Notes under the pieces: generated by a model
Seen by the model: the letters and a program-made list of their open reading frames with translations, nothing else
Databases searched by the model: none
What the model was told of the DNA's origin: nothing
Position numbers and translations under genes: made by a program
Assembly (NCBI GenBank): GCA_030390025.1
Contig: CM059432.1
Span: 12,586,001 to 12,650,000 of the forward strand
Direction of reading: 5' to 3'
Origin: Squalus acanthias
Lineage: Eukaryota
Length of the DNA: 64,000 nt
Part shown: positions 12,511 through 23,675 of the stretch, in pieces
Numbering within the stretch: position 1 is the stretch's first letter
How the letters are laid out: every line of letters starts with the position of its first letter

Positions 12511-13834
12511 AGAGTTCAAAGGTGTACAGTCTTATCACCCTGTTGATTTCATTCGTTTAATTTCGACTACTGGCTAATTCAAATATTTTTCGGACAAACG
12601 CGGCTTTGAATTATCGGAAGTAGATGCTTGTGGGGGGGGGGCGGGTGCTATTGAGGTAGCACAGCGCTGATAACATGATCCCACGCAGGCTAGTGCAAAT
12701 TGTAACGATACAGTGTGAACATTTGCAGACGTTCCTTTACTTCACAAGGTGTCAGATTTTAATTGCAGGCTGTGCATGTGAATTAGAGACGTTCCCTTAA
12801 TCAGCATCTTGACAGTGTATCAATTAGACAACTGGAGTTGAGGCAGACTTCCCAACCGTATCCCTGAAAAACTTTAATAAAGTAAGTTTGGGTCCAATTC
12901 GCAGTTTCCCCCTGTCCAGAAAATCATTTCATTAATTAGCCCCAGTCAAAAGAAAAATTGCAGATCCCTGTGAAATTTCATCGCCTAATAATGGAAATTG
13001 CTGAAACTGTTTAATATTTATGAAATATTATCTTGTTCTGAAGTGAGCATTTCAATACGAGTCATGGTATTTAAGTGGATTAAAATGAGGCCAAAATAAA
13101 ATTTAATAAAGAGTAGGAGCACTGAGGTTTGAAGATTCTGACAGCGCGTTGCAGGAATAGTCAGACACCTCTTCAAACCTATCTGGCATGTTGGGGAATA
13201 TTACGAGGCATGTGGAATGTGAAAACTCACAGCAGTTGAGAGCTGACTCCAAATCGTGAAGTCTGTAGCTGACCGGTGGCCGACTTTTCCAGTTTTAATC
13301 TCTGTTAAGAGCACACATTCTACCATTAATACTTGGGCTAGAGTAAAATGCTGTCTTTACGTGAAGGACGGGTTTGGATAGGCTAGACGGGAAAAGGCTG
13401 TTCCCACTAGTTGATGGTACAAGGACTAGGGGACACAGATTTAAGGTTTTGGGCAAGAGATACAGGGGGGGCGTGAGGACAAACTTTTTTACACAGCGAG
13501 TGGTGAGGAGCTGGAACTCGCTGCCGACTGGAGTGGTGGAAGCAGAGACACTCAGGGCTGTATTTTGTCAGTGTGGGCGGGCTGGGGCGTGTCAGGTGGA
13601 AATCTTGTCAGGACCCCGACTCCTAAGTGATGTGTTGAAAAAGTGGGATTTTCCCCTAATTGGGCAATTGATTTCCTGCGTGTGGGAACCACTGGCCCAC
13701 AGAGTCTTTTCATACAGAAAGTCGCCTCCGATGACGTCATCATTGCTGTTGGATTTAAGGCCTGCAAGCAGCCTTGATTCTTCTGGAGACTGGAAACGCT
13801 TTGGACATTGTATGAAGGACTTCATTTACCGACC

Positions 13835-15799
13835 GTGTCCACCAGCAAGCAAAAGTGTGCACCTCGCTTTGATGAGCCCTCCCTCCAAGCTCTGGTGCAG
13901 GGAGCAAGATCTAATAAAGAGGTGCTCTTCCCTTCTTCAGGGAGAAAAAAGCCACCACAACAGACTAAAGCTGTGTGGCTGCAAGTGGCCCAGGAGGTCA
14001 ATGCCATCTCTATGTGCCGCAGAACCTGGCTGCAGTGCAGGAAGAGGTTTCATGACCTTCTCTGCACAGGAAAAGTGAGTATGACTTTCCCATCACCCTC
14101 AATCTGATCCCCATCGCCTCTCCTCACCAGCACTCAGCTTTGCCAACCTCTTCCTCCACATCCCACTTGACACTGACATCCCTGCACCCTTACCCATTCC
14201 CTCTCTCTCCATGGTCACATTCACTTAACTATTCGACCATGCAGCCCTCACACTCCCTATCACTGTGACGCAATGACGACAACTTACAACACACAGGGAG
14301 GGCCCTTTGTCTCCTTCTAAGCATTTATGCTATGGATTCTCTACACTCACTCCTTCATTCTCACTCAAACTCCACTTGTGTCCCTCATTGCAGGAAAAGA
14401 GAGCCCACAATAAGAGGGAAAGAGCAAGGACAGGAGGAGGGCCACCCTCAGTAGCCCAGCTCACCACCTCAGAGGAGGCGGCCCTGGAAATTGCTGGGAT
14501 CGAGGAGGATTCCCAAGTGGGGGACGGACAGGCGGGCGCATCACAGCAAGCTGGTGACAGAATAGTTTGGCATCTCTCTCATTGACATTGCATGAGTGAC
14601 TGATAATGATTCTGATGCTCTAACAGATTGACTTATGATCATCTGCACAATTCAATGTGCATGCAACCTTTACCTCACATCTCTGACTCTTTCCTTTACT
14701 CCCCCACAGGACCATTGAGAGCCCCCGTCCCCACTGTCCAGGAGGAACAGCCTGAGCCTCGAGACACCTCAGAGGAAGCTGCAACCTCTGAGGGCGCAGC
14801 ATCAGCAGAATTAAACGCACCCTGCACCAGCGCAGGCACTCACACGTCGGTGGGACCTTCAGGACATAGAGTAGAGTTGTCACAAGTGAGCATCAGCAGA
14901 TGGTGGAGACAGGGACAGAAGTGAAGAGTCCTCGTCACAGTGAAGAGGACGCTCCCAGCTCGGCTCCGCTGCATGTCGACCCTGTGCCTCCGGGTCCATC
15001 CAGAAGGAGAGTGGTGCTGGAACTCCAGGAACAGGTGCCGGAGTCTCTGGCAGGTTTTGTCTCCAGGGTCGCTGCGAGTGTGGAGCGAATGGAAGAGTCC
15101 ATCGCTAACATGAGCAGAGCCTTTGTGGAGGCGTTGGCGCATGAACGCATCACCACAGAAAGGATGGCAACCTCCTTGGAAAGGATGGCTACCTCCATGG
15201 TAAGGCTGGCTACCGTAGAGGAGAGGATGGCTACGGTAGAGGAGAGGATGGCTACGTCCATGGAGGATCTTAGTCGCCAGGGTATGGAAAACATGGTAAT
15301 TGTTCAGAATAGACTGACATCTCTTGAGGAGCGATGGTCAGCTATTGAGCAAACAAACCTGACCTTCATGCAAGTCCTCTGGAGTAGGACTTCCAGTGCA
15401 GAAACGGGTCCTCATGGCCCCCCTGAAGTGCAGCAAGGTGCTGTCCATCCACTTGCTAGCTCTGAAGTGGGGCTGACCCATGAGAGGGATGTTGGTGGCA
15501 TACAACAAGGAAGTGGGGGCTCCTCTCCAAGCACTCACACGACCATGCCACTGCAGTGCCCTCGGTCAGAGCCCCACCAGAGTCCCCACCCAACTGAGAT
15601 CGGCGTCTCAACCCCTGCACAGCCGCAGGAGCAGCAGACTGTTGCCGAGCCCTCACAGGTTTGCAACCCCAGAGGACGGCCGCCAAAGGTGTCGAGACAG
15701 GAGCAGCAAGAAAGTGAGCAAGAGGCCTCCACATCTGCTGAAGCCACAGGGGAAGCACCACGTAGGAGCACGCATAAGAGGAAGATAATGCACAAGTAG
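13835..15799 (+). CDS. Harbinger Myb/SANT-like DNA-binding protein, 3 exons (about 13835-14074, 14394-14553, 14710-15799); one apparent frameshift near 14885, start codon uncertain
   Basis: Exon 1 APRFDEPSLQALV...VLFP...W..VAQEVNA....RTWLQCRKRFHDL; donor aaaa|gtgagt, acceptor ttgcag|; exon 2 EKRAHNKRERARTGGGPP; phase-1 intron ctg|gtgaca...cccacag| is phase-compatible; exon 3 has a coiled-coil repeat and basic end APRRSTHKRK. Confidence 0.8.
15158..15262 (+). repeat. 5 x 21-bp coding tandem repeat (heptads ERMATSL, ERMATSM, VRLATVE, ERMATVE, ERMATSM)
   Basis: Seen directly in ORF 14900-15799. Confidence 0.9.
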
Positions 15800-16057
15800 T
15801 TACAAGGGTAGTCACTTGGGTGTAATGTTGTGTTTAATTTTGAAAAGCCATCAGTTGCTTATTGGCATAAAAAATTCTGATGGCAAACTGTTAGAGTTGT
15901 GGCATGTGTTATTTCGCTAATGGGACTTCCACATTGAGGGCTTAGGGCGACTTGCAATTGTCAGTATGGTGGTCAGAGTGATAGGTATCTGCAGGTTCTT
16001 GGCCATTGTTGATGGTCTGATAAGAAGGTGCGAGGCAAAAATGTTTGATTGTGCAGG

Positions 16058-16283
16058 CTAAGCAAATCTGGCCAAGATGAGTGCGTCCCTTGCATCCCGG
16101 GCAGCAATGTGGTCGCACGCTGGCGCCTTCTGGCCTGTGCAGCTTCAGGGGTGTGAGCAGCAGCTTGGCGCTCCTGTTGTTGCTGCTGCTGTTGGTGGTG
16201 CTGTTGTTCAGGGTTCTGCTGCTGCATGGCTGGTCTTCATCCGAATCTGATGTCCAGGAGGAAAGGAAATAAATGGTTCCCAT
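16058..16283 (-). pseudogene. Harbinger transposase remnant: N-terminus fused out of frame to the extreme C-terminus
   Basis: MGTIYFLSSWTSDSDED, a Q-rich tract and AAQARRRQRA are followed immediately by HIAARDARDALILARFA* in another frame; no DDE core. Confidence 0.7.
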
Positions 16284-16535
16284 GCTTCTGGTATATGCCT
16301 CAGTTGAGGAAGCGCTCAGTTAAGGTGGCGAGAGGGGTGTCCCAGGAGGTCACACTGGAGATGGGTGTCAGGCTCCAAACTTCCACAACAATGGGTATGC
16401 CTGCTAAAAGTTCCCCCAGACCTGAGACAACAAAGTTCTGCCATCTGCAAATGAAGATTGCTGAAAACTCCTTTTTAATGGTGGAGCTGCAGCTGTTAGT
16501 AAGCAGTCCACTTGTGAGGCCATCAGGTTTCACAG

Positions 16536-16960
16536 CTACACGGTGGCATAGTGGTTAGCACTGGTGTCTCACAGCGCCAGGGACCCGGATTCGAATCTGA
16601 CCTCGGGTGACTGTCTGTGTGGAGTTTGCACATTCTCCCCGTGTCTGCGTGGGTTTCCTCCGGGTGCTCCGGTTTCCTCCCACAGTCCAAAAATGTGCGG
16701 GTTAGGTTGATTTGGCTATGATAAATTGACCCTTAGTGTTAGGGGGGGATTAAATATGTGGGTTTATGGGGATAGGATGGGATATGTTAGGGGGAATTAA
16801 ATACGTGGGGTTACGGGGGTAGGGTGGGATATGTGTACTGTGGGGATTAAAGCAGGGACAGGGTACTGGATTTGGATGATCAGCCATGATCGTATTGAAT
16901 GGTGGAGCAGGCTCGACGGGCCGAATGGCCTACTCCTGCTCCTAGATTCTATGTTTCTAT
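16536..16960 (+). mobile_element. HE1/V-SINE-like SINE with CR1-derived tail
   Basis: A box tggcatagtgg, B box gattcgaatc, domain gtgtggagtttgcacattctccccgtgtctgcgtgggtttcctcc, tail ctatgttt repeats. Confidence 0.9.
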
Positions 16961-17659
16961 GTTTCACTGGCGTGTTCCAGAGGAGACGTACAGGACATGG
17001 GAAAAGTGGTAAAATCAGAAAGGCCTCTCAAAATGGGATTATAGAGGCAATTAACTGGTTGTTAAGGGCCTTAAGGGCCTATCCCGCCTCTTGGAGGCGG
17101 GATGGAAACGGGGTCAGAAAACACCCCGTGGGTGACCTTGTAAAATGTAAAGGTGAGCTCAAAATACTTCTTAATGGGCTGTTAACAAGATCATAATGAC
17201 CTGAATTGCCTCCCCCACTGCTGCGTGTCGGGTCTGTTCACCCTGACAGACCCAACATCTTGGGAAAATTGCTCGGAGGTGGGATGGAGGCGGGATCGGG
17301 CCCGCCCGCCATTTTTTGCGATTTTACCACCTCACACACCTCCAATCCCGCCTCCTCGGTCCTGGCAAAATTGAGCCCTTAATGTTTTCAAGGGGAGACT
17401 GGATAGGCACTTGAGGGAAATAAACTTGCAGGGCTGCGGGGATAGAGCGGGGGAATGGGACTGACTGGATTGCTCCACAGAGAGCCGGCACGGACTCGAT
17501 GGGCCGAATGGCCTCCTTCTGTGCCGTTATGACTCTCTCTCTCTATAACGTCATTTGATGATGCATCATCACCCGGTTTCCTTAAAGGGACCTTGCGCAA
17601 ATTTAGTTTGACAGTTGTGCTGTCAGTGTTCTACAGCATTGAGGTGCTGCAAACACTGA

Positions 17660-17901
17660 CAAGCACGGCACAGAGGTGCACGGCTGCACCCAGGCTCTCC
17701 CATGACTCCCTCCATATGCTTATGGAGGGAGTCAGAGCACGCAGGGAGGTTCTCTTCCCTTCCAATGGGCAGAAGAGACCTCCCCAGGAGATCAACGCAG
17801 CCTGGTTGCACATTGCACAGGAGGACACAAGCAGGGATGTCGTCAGGAGGACCAGGCTGCAGTGGCGCAAACCTTTCAATGATCTCAGTAGATCACAAAA
17901 C
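17660..17901 (+). pseudogene. Degenerate Myb/SANT exon 1 of Harbinger copy B
   Basis: AAPRLSHDSLHMLMEGVRARREVLFP...W.HIAQE...RRTRLQWRKPFNDL aligns with exon 1 of copy A; downstream exons are absent. Confidence 0.8.
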
Positions 17902-18401
17902 GTTACTGCAAAGCCACACTCAACCTCATCCTGCTGTGCCACTCATCACATCCCCATCACTCTGCCTCCCCTACCCTACTCCTGCACATCCTTACTCACA
18001 CCAACTTACCTTGCACCTCCACCCATCCCTCTCTATCTCCATTATCACTTCCCCATCTCACTAGCCACCCCTCACACTCACCCTCATCCTAGTCCAATCA
18101 GACCAACTAACAATACACAAGGGTAGGCACTTGGGTGTTTTATGCAATGTTCAAGTAAAGTTTCTGTTAATATGGTGTCAAACATTGAAACCTTTATATT
18201 CAGCACTTTGCCTTCTTGGACAGATTTGTGTGCACCTTTGGAAGTGGCTTAGTGAGTTGCAGTGAATGGTGAGACATAACGGTACCCCCGCAATGGTGAT
18301 GAGTGTGAAAGGCATGGCTTGGGCATTGTAGGGATTCTTTATGGTGTTGGTGTGGGATGGTGCCAACCTGGCGCATCATGTGACAGCCAAGGTGTACAGC
18401 A

Positions 18402-18620
18402 TCAAGTGAAGTAAATCTGGCCATGGTGAGGCCATCCCTGGCCTCCCGGGCAGCAATGTGGCCGAGTGCTGATGCCCTGTGTCCTGTGCAGCATCAGTTG
18501 ATTGCGGAGAAGGTTGGTGCTGTTGTTAGTGTTGCTGGTGTGCCTGGTGCTGCTGGTGTTGGGGCTGATCGTGGTGGGATTCTGAGGACCAAGGTGAGAT
18601 AGTTTCAAGGGCACCGATGC
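18402..18620 (-). pseudogene. Transposase remnant of Harbinger copy B
   Basis: GALETISPWSSE, a Q/H-rich tract and AAQDTGHQHS are joined to HIAAREARDGLTMARF at the same junction as in copy A. Confidence 0.7.
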
Positions 18621-19527
18621 TGATGTAATAGATGGCAAGTGAACTTGAGATGACAGAAGTGATCTGTCAGTGGTGAGAGAGGTTGTTCCAATGAGGTGAC
18701 ATTGGATAGAGAGTTTACTCCAAACACTTGCAACCAGCCCACAGCTCAATCTGTCTTCAAAATGAAGTAAGCAACAGCTTCTGACCTTGAAAAGTGAACA
18801 GCTGTGAGATGGGAGCTTTTATTGCACATTTCAAGCGGTCAAGTAATGAGATGATTCCATGCTCATACAACTCCCGACCTCCTTACCTGACGTGATCCCC
18901 GAGCAGCGTGGACCCCGTGGGTGACCTTGTAAAATGTAAAGGTGAGCTCAAAATACTTCTTAATGGGCTGTTAACAAGATCATAATGACCTGAATTGTCT
19001 CCCCCGCTGCTGCGTGTCGGGTCTGTTCACCCTGACAGACCTAACATCTGGGAAAGGTGCGTAGCGGCGGGTTGACAACGGGGTCCCGACCCGCTGTCAA
19101 AATAAATATTTTCCCACCCGACCCACCACCGAACGTGGCCGCTGAACCCCCAGAAAATTCCTCCCAAAGTAATTATTCAACAAGTCTGCTATTTCCTTAT
19201 TTTCATTTGCAATATTACCCCCATCTGTTTTTAAAGGGCTCACATTAACATTGACTACCCTTTTTCTCTTAATATATTTGTAAAAACTTTTTGTGTTAAT
19301 ATTGATATCCTTTATACGTCTTCTGCAATAAATCATACTAGTTGCAGTGCCACCCTACTTACCTGCCAGGCAGACGATATTTCTTTACTATATGTCATTC
19401 TCCAACCACACAAATAAAACTCATGCATACATTGCAACTCCTGTACCTGCATGTTCTATTTATAAAAATGTGAATTGTTCCTGATTTGGTGCGTGTTCCC
19501 ACAGTGCTTACCCTGTGTGTGTTGTGC

Positions 19528-20334
19528 TCAACTACCAAATTTAGTACTTCTTCTTGGTGCAATATTTGTGGCCAGAGCCTGTGAGGTGGCTGGTAGCTGA
19601 GTGTCCATGAGGAACCTCTGAGACCAAGGTGGCTCTTGATCTCTGTGAGTAGGGCCTAATTCTGGCAACTGCTGTTCTGCTGGTGTGGGGCCAGCCCTGC
19701 ACTGTCTACTATTTGGTTCCTGAGAAGCTATTGGGGCAGCTATTGGTGGCAGAATGGATTGGGCGTGTTGTTACCGGGAGAGGTAACAGCACCTTCCATT
19801 GCCAGGCATGGCTGCCCTTGCTCGGGACCTTCATGTCACATTGACCACTGGCTTATGGGTGAGCAGGCCTTTGTTGCATGAATGACATTGCTTGAGCTCC
19901 TATCAATCAATAGCTCTCTCATTTTGGCCAAGATGATCAGCTAAGCCATCCAAGGAGGAGGCTGGAGGCCTGTATAGCAGCAGCCAGAGCATTCATGAGA
20001 GGTGCGAAACCTGGCAGGATGGCCTCCGTCAAGAGGGGATACTTTCCAAGATGTAATTGGAGCTACCACTTGCACCAAGATTGGCTGCATACTTATTATG
20101 CTAACATGAGAACTCCACACATGCCGGTTGTGGAATCCTTCACACTAGCCCTGATATGTTGAAAGCACTAGGCACGTCCCAAATGACTTCAAGAATCTCT
20201 TGTTCCAAAAATATCCTTCTTTATAAAAGCTGGACCCTGCAAATCAGAATCCCTGCCCTTCTTAGCTGGGGATGAGTGGGAGATGACCCTACAGCCAGGT
20301 GACTCCTAGTCCTCCCGTGCCACTGCTCTGATTC
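19528..20334 (-). pseudogene. Degenerate last exon of a Harbinger Myb/SANT gene, partner of the 8290-9270 transposase
   Basis: Ends PATSQALATNIAPRRSTKFGS* (copy A: STSAEATGEAPRRSTHKRK), followed by acagggtaagcact (copy A: acaagggtagtcact); acceptor-like tgtttacag at about 20335. Confidence 0.6.
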
Positions 20335-20705
20335 CTGTAAACAGTCAATGAAAGTGATAGGAAGCCTGAGGAACTCTGCTCGAGTCTTTGAAGCTGCAGT
20401 TAACAGTCAAGGGCAAGCCCAAAACCTGATTTGGAAGACGACTGTACTAGTGCAAAAGCCTAAACTGTTCTGTAATAGCAAATATGAACAGTTACTGTGG
20501 ATGGGTGAATAAAACTCTTTCACAAAAACAGAGAACTTCACCTGTATGTATAACCCTGTGTCTACATCCAAAAACTGCAACTACACGTAACTGTATGAAT
20601 CCACGGTATGAAATATCCTCAATAAAATAGTTAAAAAGCATGAAATATTAATTGCTCAAAAGTAAATATCTCAGGAAACATGTCATTCTGAAAATTAAGA
20701 CAATA

Positions 20706-22054
20706 GGTCCAGGGGTTTCCGTTATGTTGCGCTAGTATTCCCAGAGCAATTTGCACTAAAATCAGCCAACCCCACAACAACAACAACTTGTATTTATATA
20801 GCGCCTTTAACGTAGTAAAATGTCCCAAGGCGCTTCACAGTAGTGTTATAAGACAAAAAATTCGACACCGAGCCACATAAGGAGATATTAGGGCAGGTGA
20901 CCAAAAGCTTGGTCAAAGAGGTAGGTTTTAAGGAGCGTCTTAAAGGAGGAAAATAGAGGTGGAGAGGTGGAGAGGTTTAGGCAGGGAATGCCAGAGCTTA
21001 GGGCCCAGGCAACTGAAGGCACGGCCATCAATGGTTGAGCGATTATAATCAGGGATGCTCAAGAGGGCAGAATTAGAGGAGCACAGATATCTCGGGGGGG
21101 TTGTGGGGCTGGAGGAGATTACAGAGATAGGGAGGGGCGAGGCCATGGAGGGATTTGAAAACAAAGATGAGAATTTTGAAATCGAGGCGTTGCTTAACCG
21201 GGAGCCAATGTAGGTCAGCGAGCACAGGAGTGATGGGCGAACGGGACTTGGTGCAAGTTAGGACACGGGCAGCCGAGTTTTGGATGACCTCAAGTTTACG
21301 TAGGGTAGAACGTGGGAGGCCAGCCAGGAGTGCGATGGAATAGTCAAGTCTAGAGGTAACAAAGGCATGGATGAGGGTTTCAGCAGCGGATGAGCTGAGG
21401 CAAGGGCGGAGACGGGCGATGTTACGGAGGTGGAAGTAGGCGGTCTTAGTTATGCCGCGCAAAAGATCGAGGAACATCAAGCGCAAAATACGTTCAGCAC
21501 AAATCGAGTTTCCGCCATCTTTTGCGCGAGTTTAAAAAACATTGTGCTGGAAGCAGGCCCCGCCCACATGCCCCCAGAGCGAATTAATCACCACGGTGAC
21601 GTCCGCTAATTACGTCCGTTTGTGGGCCTCCGAAGAGGCTCTTAAAATTAAGCTTTGTTTTTAGGCGCAAGAGCACTAATAGGCACCTTTTAAATGTTCT
21701 TTAATGTACTCAGAAACAGACTACTGTACACCAATATAACTAGGAAATGGTTCTGTATCGTTTAATATTTAAAATGGGGTTACTCACAGGTGGTGGACGA
21801 GACACTCTGATTAAAAAAGCTTATTTTTTTGTGATAAACCCATTTTCGGCTGTGTGAATCAAGGTTACCACTCTTAAATATATCAAAGAATATTTTTTTT
21901 AATAAAAAAATTCAGTCTAAAACGCAGCTCGATTGCGCTGGAAGATTTTACGCTGGAAGATGGAGTTTGAACTTGAGCAAAGAATTTCACTTTGCAAAAC
22001 TAGCGCAATTTGCGCCCGGATGGCCGATTATGCCTAAAGCGTAAACCCTTGGCC
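20706..22054. mobile_element. MITE-like DNA element interrupted by an L2 fragment
   Basis: Imperfect TIRs ggtccaggggtttccg / cgtaaacccttggcc, CpG-rich subtermini and AT-rich core. Confidence 0.5.
20774..21460 (-). mobile_element. L2 LINE 3' fragment
   Basis: AYFHLRNIARLRP...LIHAFVTSRLDY...ITPVLADLHWLPVKQRLDFKIL; (gtt)n tail on the minus strand. Confidence 0.92.
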
Positions 22055-22984
22055 TGCGTGTCGTGAACTTCTGTTGAAAAATTTCTTTTTTTTACACATT
22101 GGTTTCGGGCTATCGCTCAGAGTTTCATGTCTTCTCCTTTGCAGAAGAATAATCCCACTAATTAGAGTGTCAGTGGCCCGGGAATTGCTAAATAAACCTT
22201 TCACATAAGCCGCCCTTCACAATGGCTGTCAGGATTTTCTCTTGAACCAGAAAAATGATATCAGCAGTGTTTAGTTTCAGACCATTGAATAAACGAGGTT
22301 TCATTCACAATTTTTTTTTACATCTTTTCCAGATGGCCGGGCAATGCAATCAAAAAATGTCAAAGGCGGAACTGAGCTGGTTGCTGCAGCATTGTTCAGA
22401 GTAAAAATAGTTTGGAAAAGAAAGGAGCCAGACATACTTGCGATGTGTAAGTCTGGCAAGTATACGGTGATCCGAAGACTACAGTATTTTTATAAGTATA
22501 ATTAGTGCCTGTTTTTTATTAAAACAATATGCAGCTGTCTCAATGCTCTTCAGACCCCTTGAGTATCTGAGAATGTTATGCAAAGTTTGGTAATATCACG
22601 GACAATATGCACACAAAGTGTTAATTACACATTCATTTTGGCCTGATTTATGCATTCATTGGCGTGGGATTTAAAAAAAAAACTTATTTGACTTTATTTG
22701 TGTCAAAGTATTCACGATGGAAAGGTGCTGAAAAAAACACAATAAAAACATAACTTATTAGTTTTGCTTCTAAAGCAATTATTAAAAAATATTTTAATGA
22801 TATTTTTTACTAATTACATAATTCTGCATAAGAACAACAAATCTTGAAGGTTCATCACCAATATTTGTTTTATTACACATAAAAAAAATTCAATAAAATG
22901 TTGAACTTTGAACGATTGAATTGTTTCTGTCCATGCCTGGTTCATTGAAGAAACTGTCTTTACATATGTAGCAAGAGTGACTAT

Positions 22985-23675
22985 GTTACATAAAGTAAGT
23001 TACAAGAATTACATAGAATATACAGCACAGAAATAGGCCATTCGGCCCAACTGGTCTATGCTGGTGTTTCTGCTCCAGATGAGCCTCCTCCCACCCTACT
23101 TCATTAACCCTACCTATATATCCTTCTAAGTTAAGAACATAAGAACATAAGAAATAGGAGCAGGAGTAGGCCATTTGGCCCCTCGAGCCTGCTTCGTCAT
23201 TCAATAAGATCATAAGTGAGAAGTCGCACAACACCAGGTTATAGTCCAACAGTTTTATTTGAAATCACAAGCTTTCGGAGCTGCCGCCCCTTCGTCAGGT
23301 GAAGTGAAGGAATACGAATCGGCAAAGCATATATAGACAGAGAACTCTCACATTTGTCCACCCCAGTCCAACACCGGCATCTCCACAATAAGATCATGGC
23401 TGATCTTCTATCTCATTTCCACTTTCTTGCACTATCCCCATATCACTTGATTCCCTTAATATTCAAAAATCTATCGATCTCTGTCTTGAATATACTCAAC
23501 GACTGAGCCTCCACAGCCCTCTGGGGTAGAGAATTCCAAAGATTCACCACCCTCTGAGTGAAGAAATTTCTCCTCATTTCAGTCCTAAATGGCCGACCCC
23601 TTATTCTGAGACTGTGACCCCCCTGGTTCTAGACTCCCTGCATCTACCCTGTCAAACCCTGTAACAATTTTGTAT
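22985..23675 (-). mobile_element. Two adjacent CR1 3' fragments, the second interrupted by a Penelope-type insert
   Basis: Tails ttacatagaa and (aacataag)n; reverse of TRGHSLRIRG...FFTQRVVNLWNSLP. Confidence 0.85.
23214..23385. mobile_element. Penelope-type short fold-back insertion with one arm mostly deleted; hammerhead motif on the minus strand at 23265-23304
   Basis: TSD caataagatcat at 23202-23213 and 23386-23397; same arm and tail as 52349-52585. Confidence 0.8.

Larger units (their letters stand above)
13555..17378 (+). mobile_element. Harbinger transposon (copy A): Myb/SANT gene retained, transposase internally deleted
   Basis: TIRs gggctgtattttgtcag / ctggcaaaattgagccc, 3-bp TSD TCA/TTA, convergent two-gene layout. 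Confidence 0.9.
13365..17544 (+). mobile_element. CR1 3' fragment (13365-13554 plus 17379-17544) split by Harbinger copy A
   Basis: DRLDGKRLFPLVDGTRTRGHRFKV...WNSLPTGVVEAET continues after 17378 as aatgttttcaaggggagactggatagg; ends in gactctctctct. Confidence 0.85.
11417..19165 (+). mobile_element. Non-autonomous Harbinger (copy B): own sequence 11417-11550 and 17545-19165, interrupted by a 6-kb insert
   Basis: AAA TSD at 11414-11416 and 19166-19168, imperfect TIRs, Myb exon 1 remnant (+) and transposase remnant (-); both pieces are colinear with the reverse complement of 39350-40911. Confidence 0.85.
9312..19335 (-). mobile_element. CR1 LINE (RT and 3' end) broken into three pieces: 9312-10654, 11043-11416 and 19166-19335
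   Basis: RT motifs in ORFs 9604-10032, 10344-10727, 11072-11290 and 19097-19336; the peptide NKEIADLLNNYF|MSVFTVEEEDNIP is continuous across the 11417-19165 insertion. Confidence 0.9.

Noticed and set aside
13374..14078. 234-aa ORF as a CR1-Harbinger fusion protein
   Set aside because: Chance read-through from CR1 into the Harbinger left end, in a frame different from the Myb exon.
13835..15799. Domesticated host gene (NAIF1/MSANTD-type)
   Set aside because: It lies between TIRs with a TSD inside a CR1 fragment and has a frameshift, so it is a transposon gene.
16540..16610. tRNA genes here and at 2345, 32935 and 59105
   Set aside because: The A/B boxes continue into SINE bodies, and no complete cloverleaf or terminator is evident.
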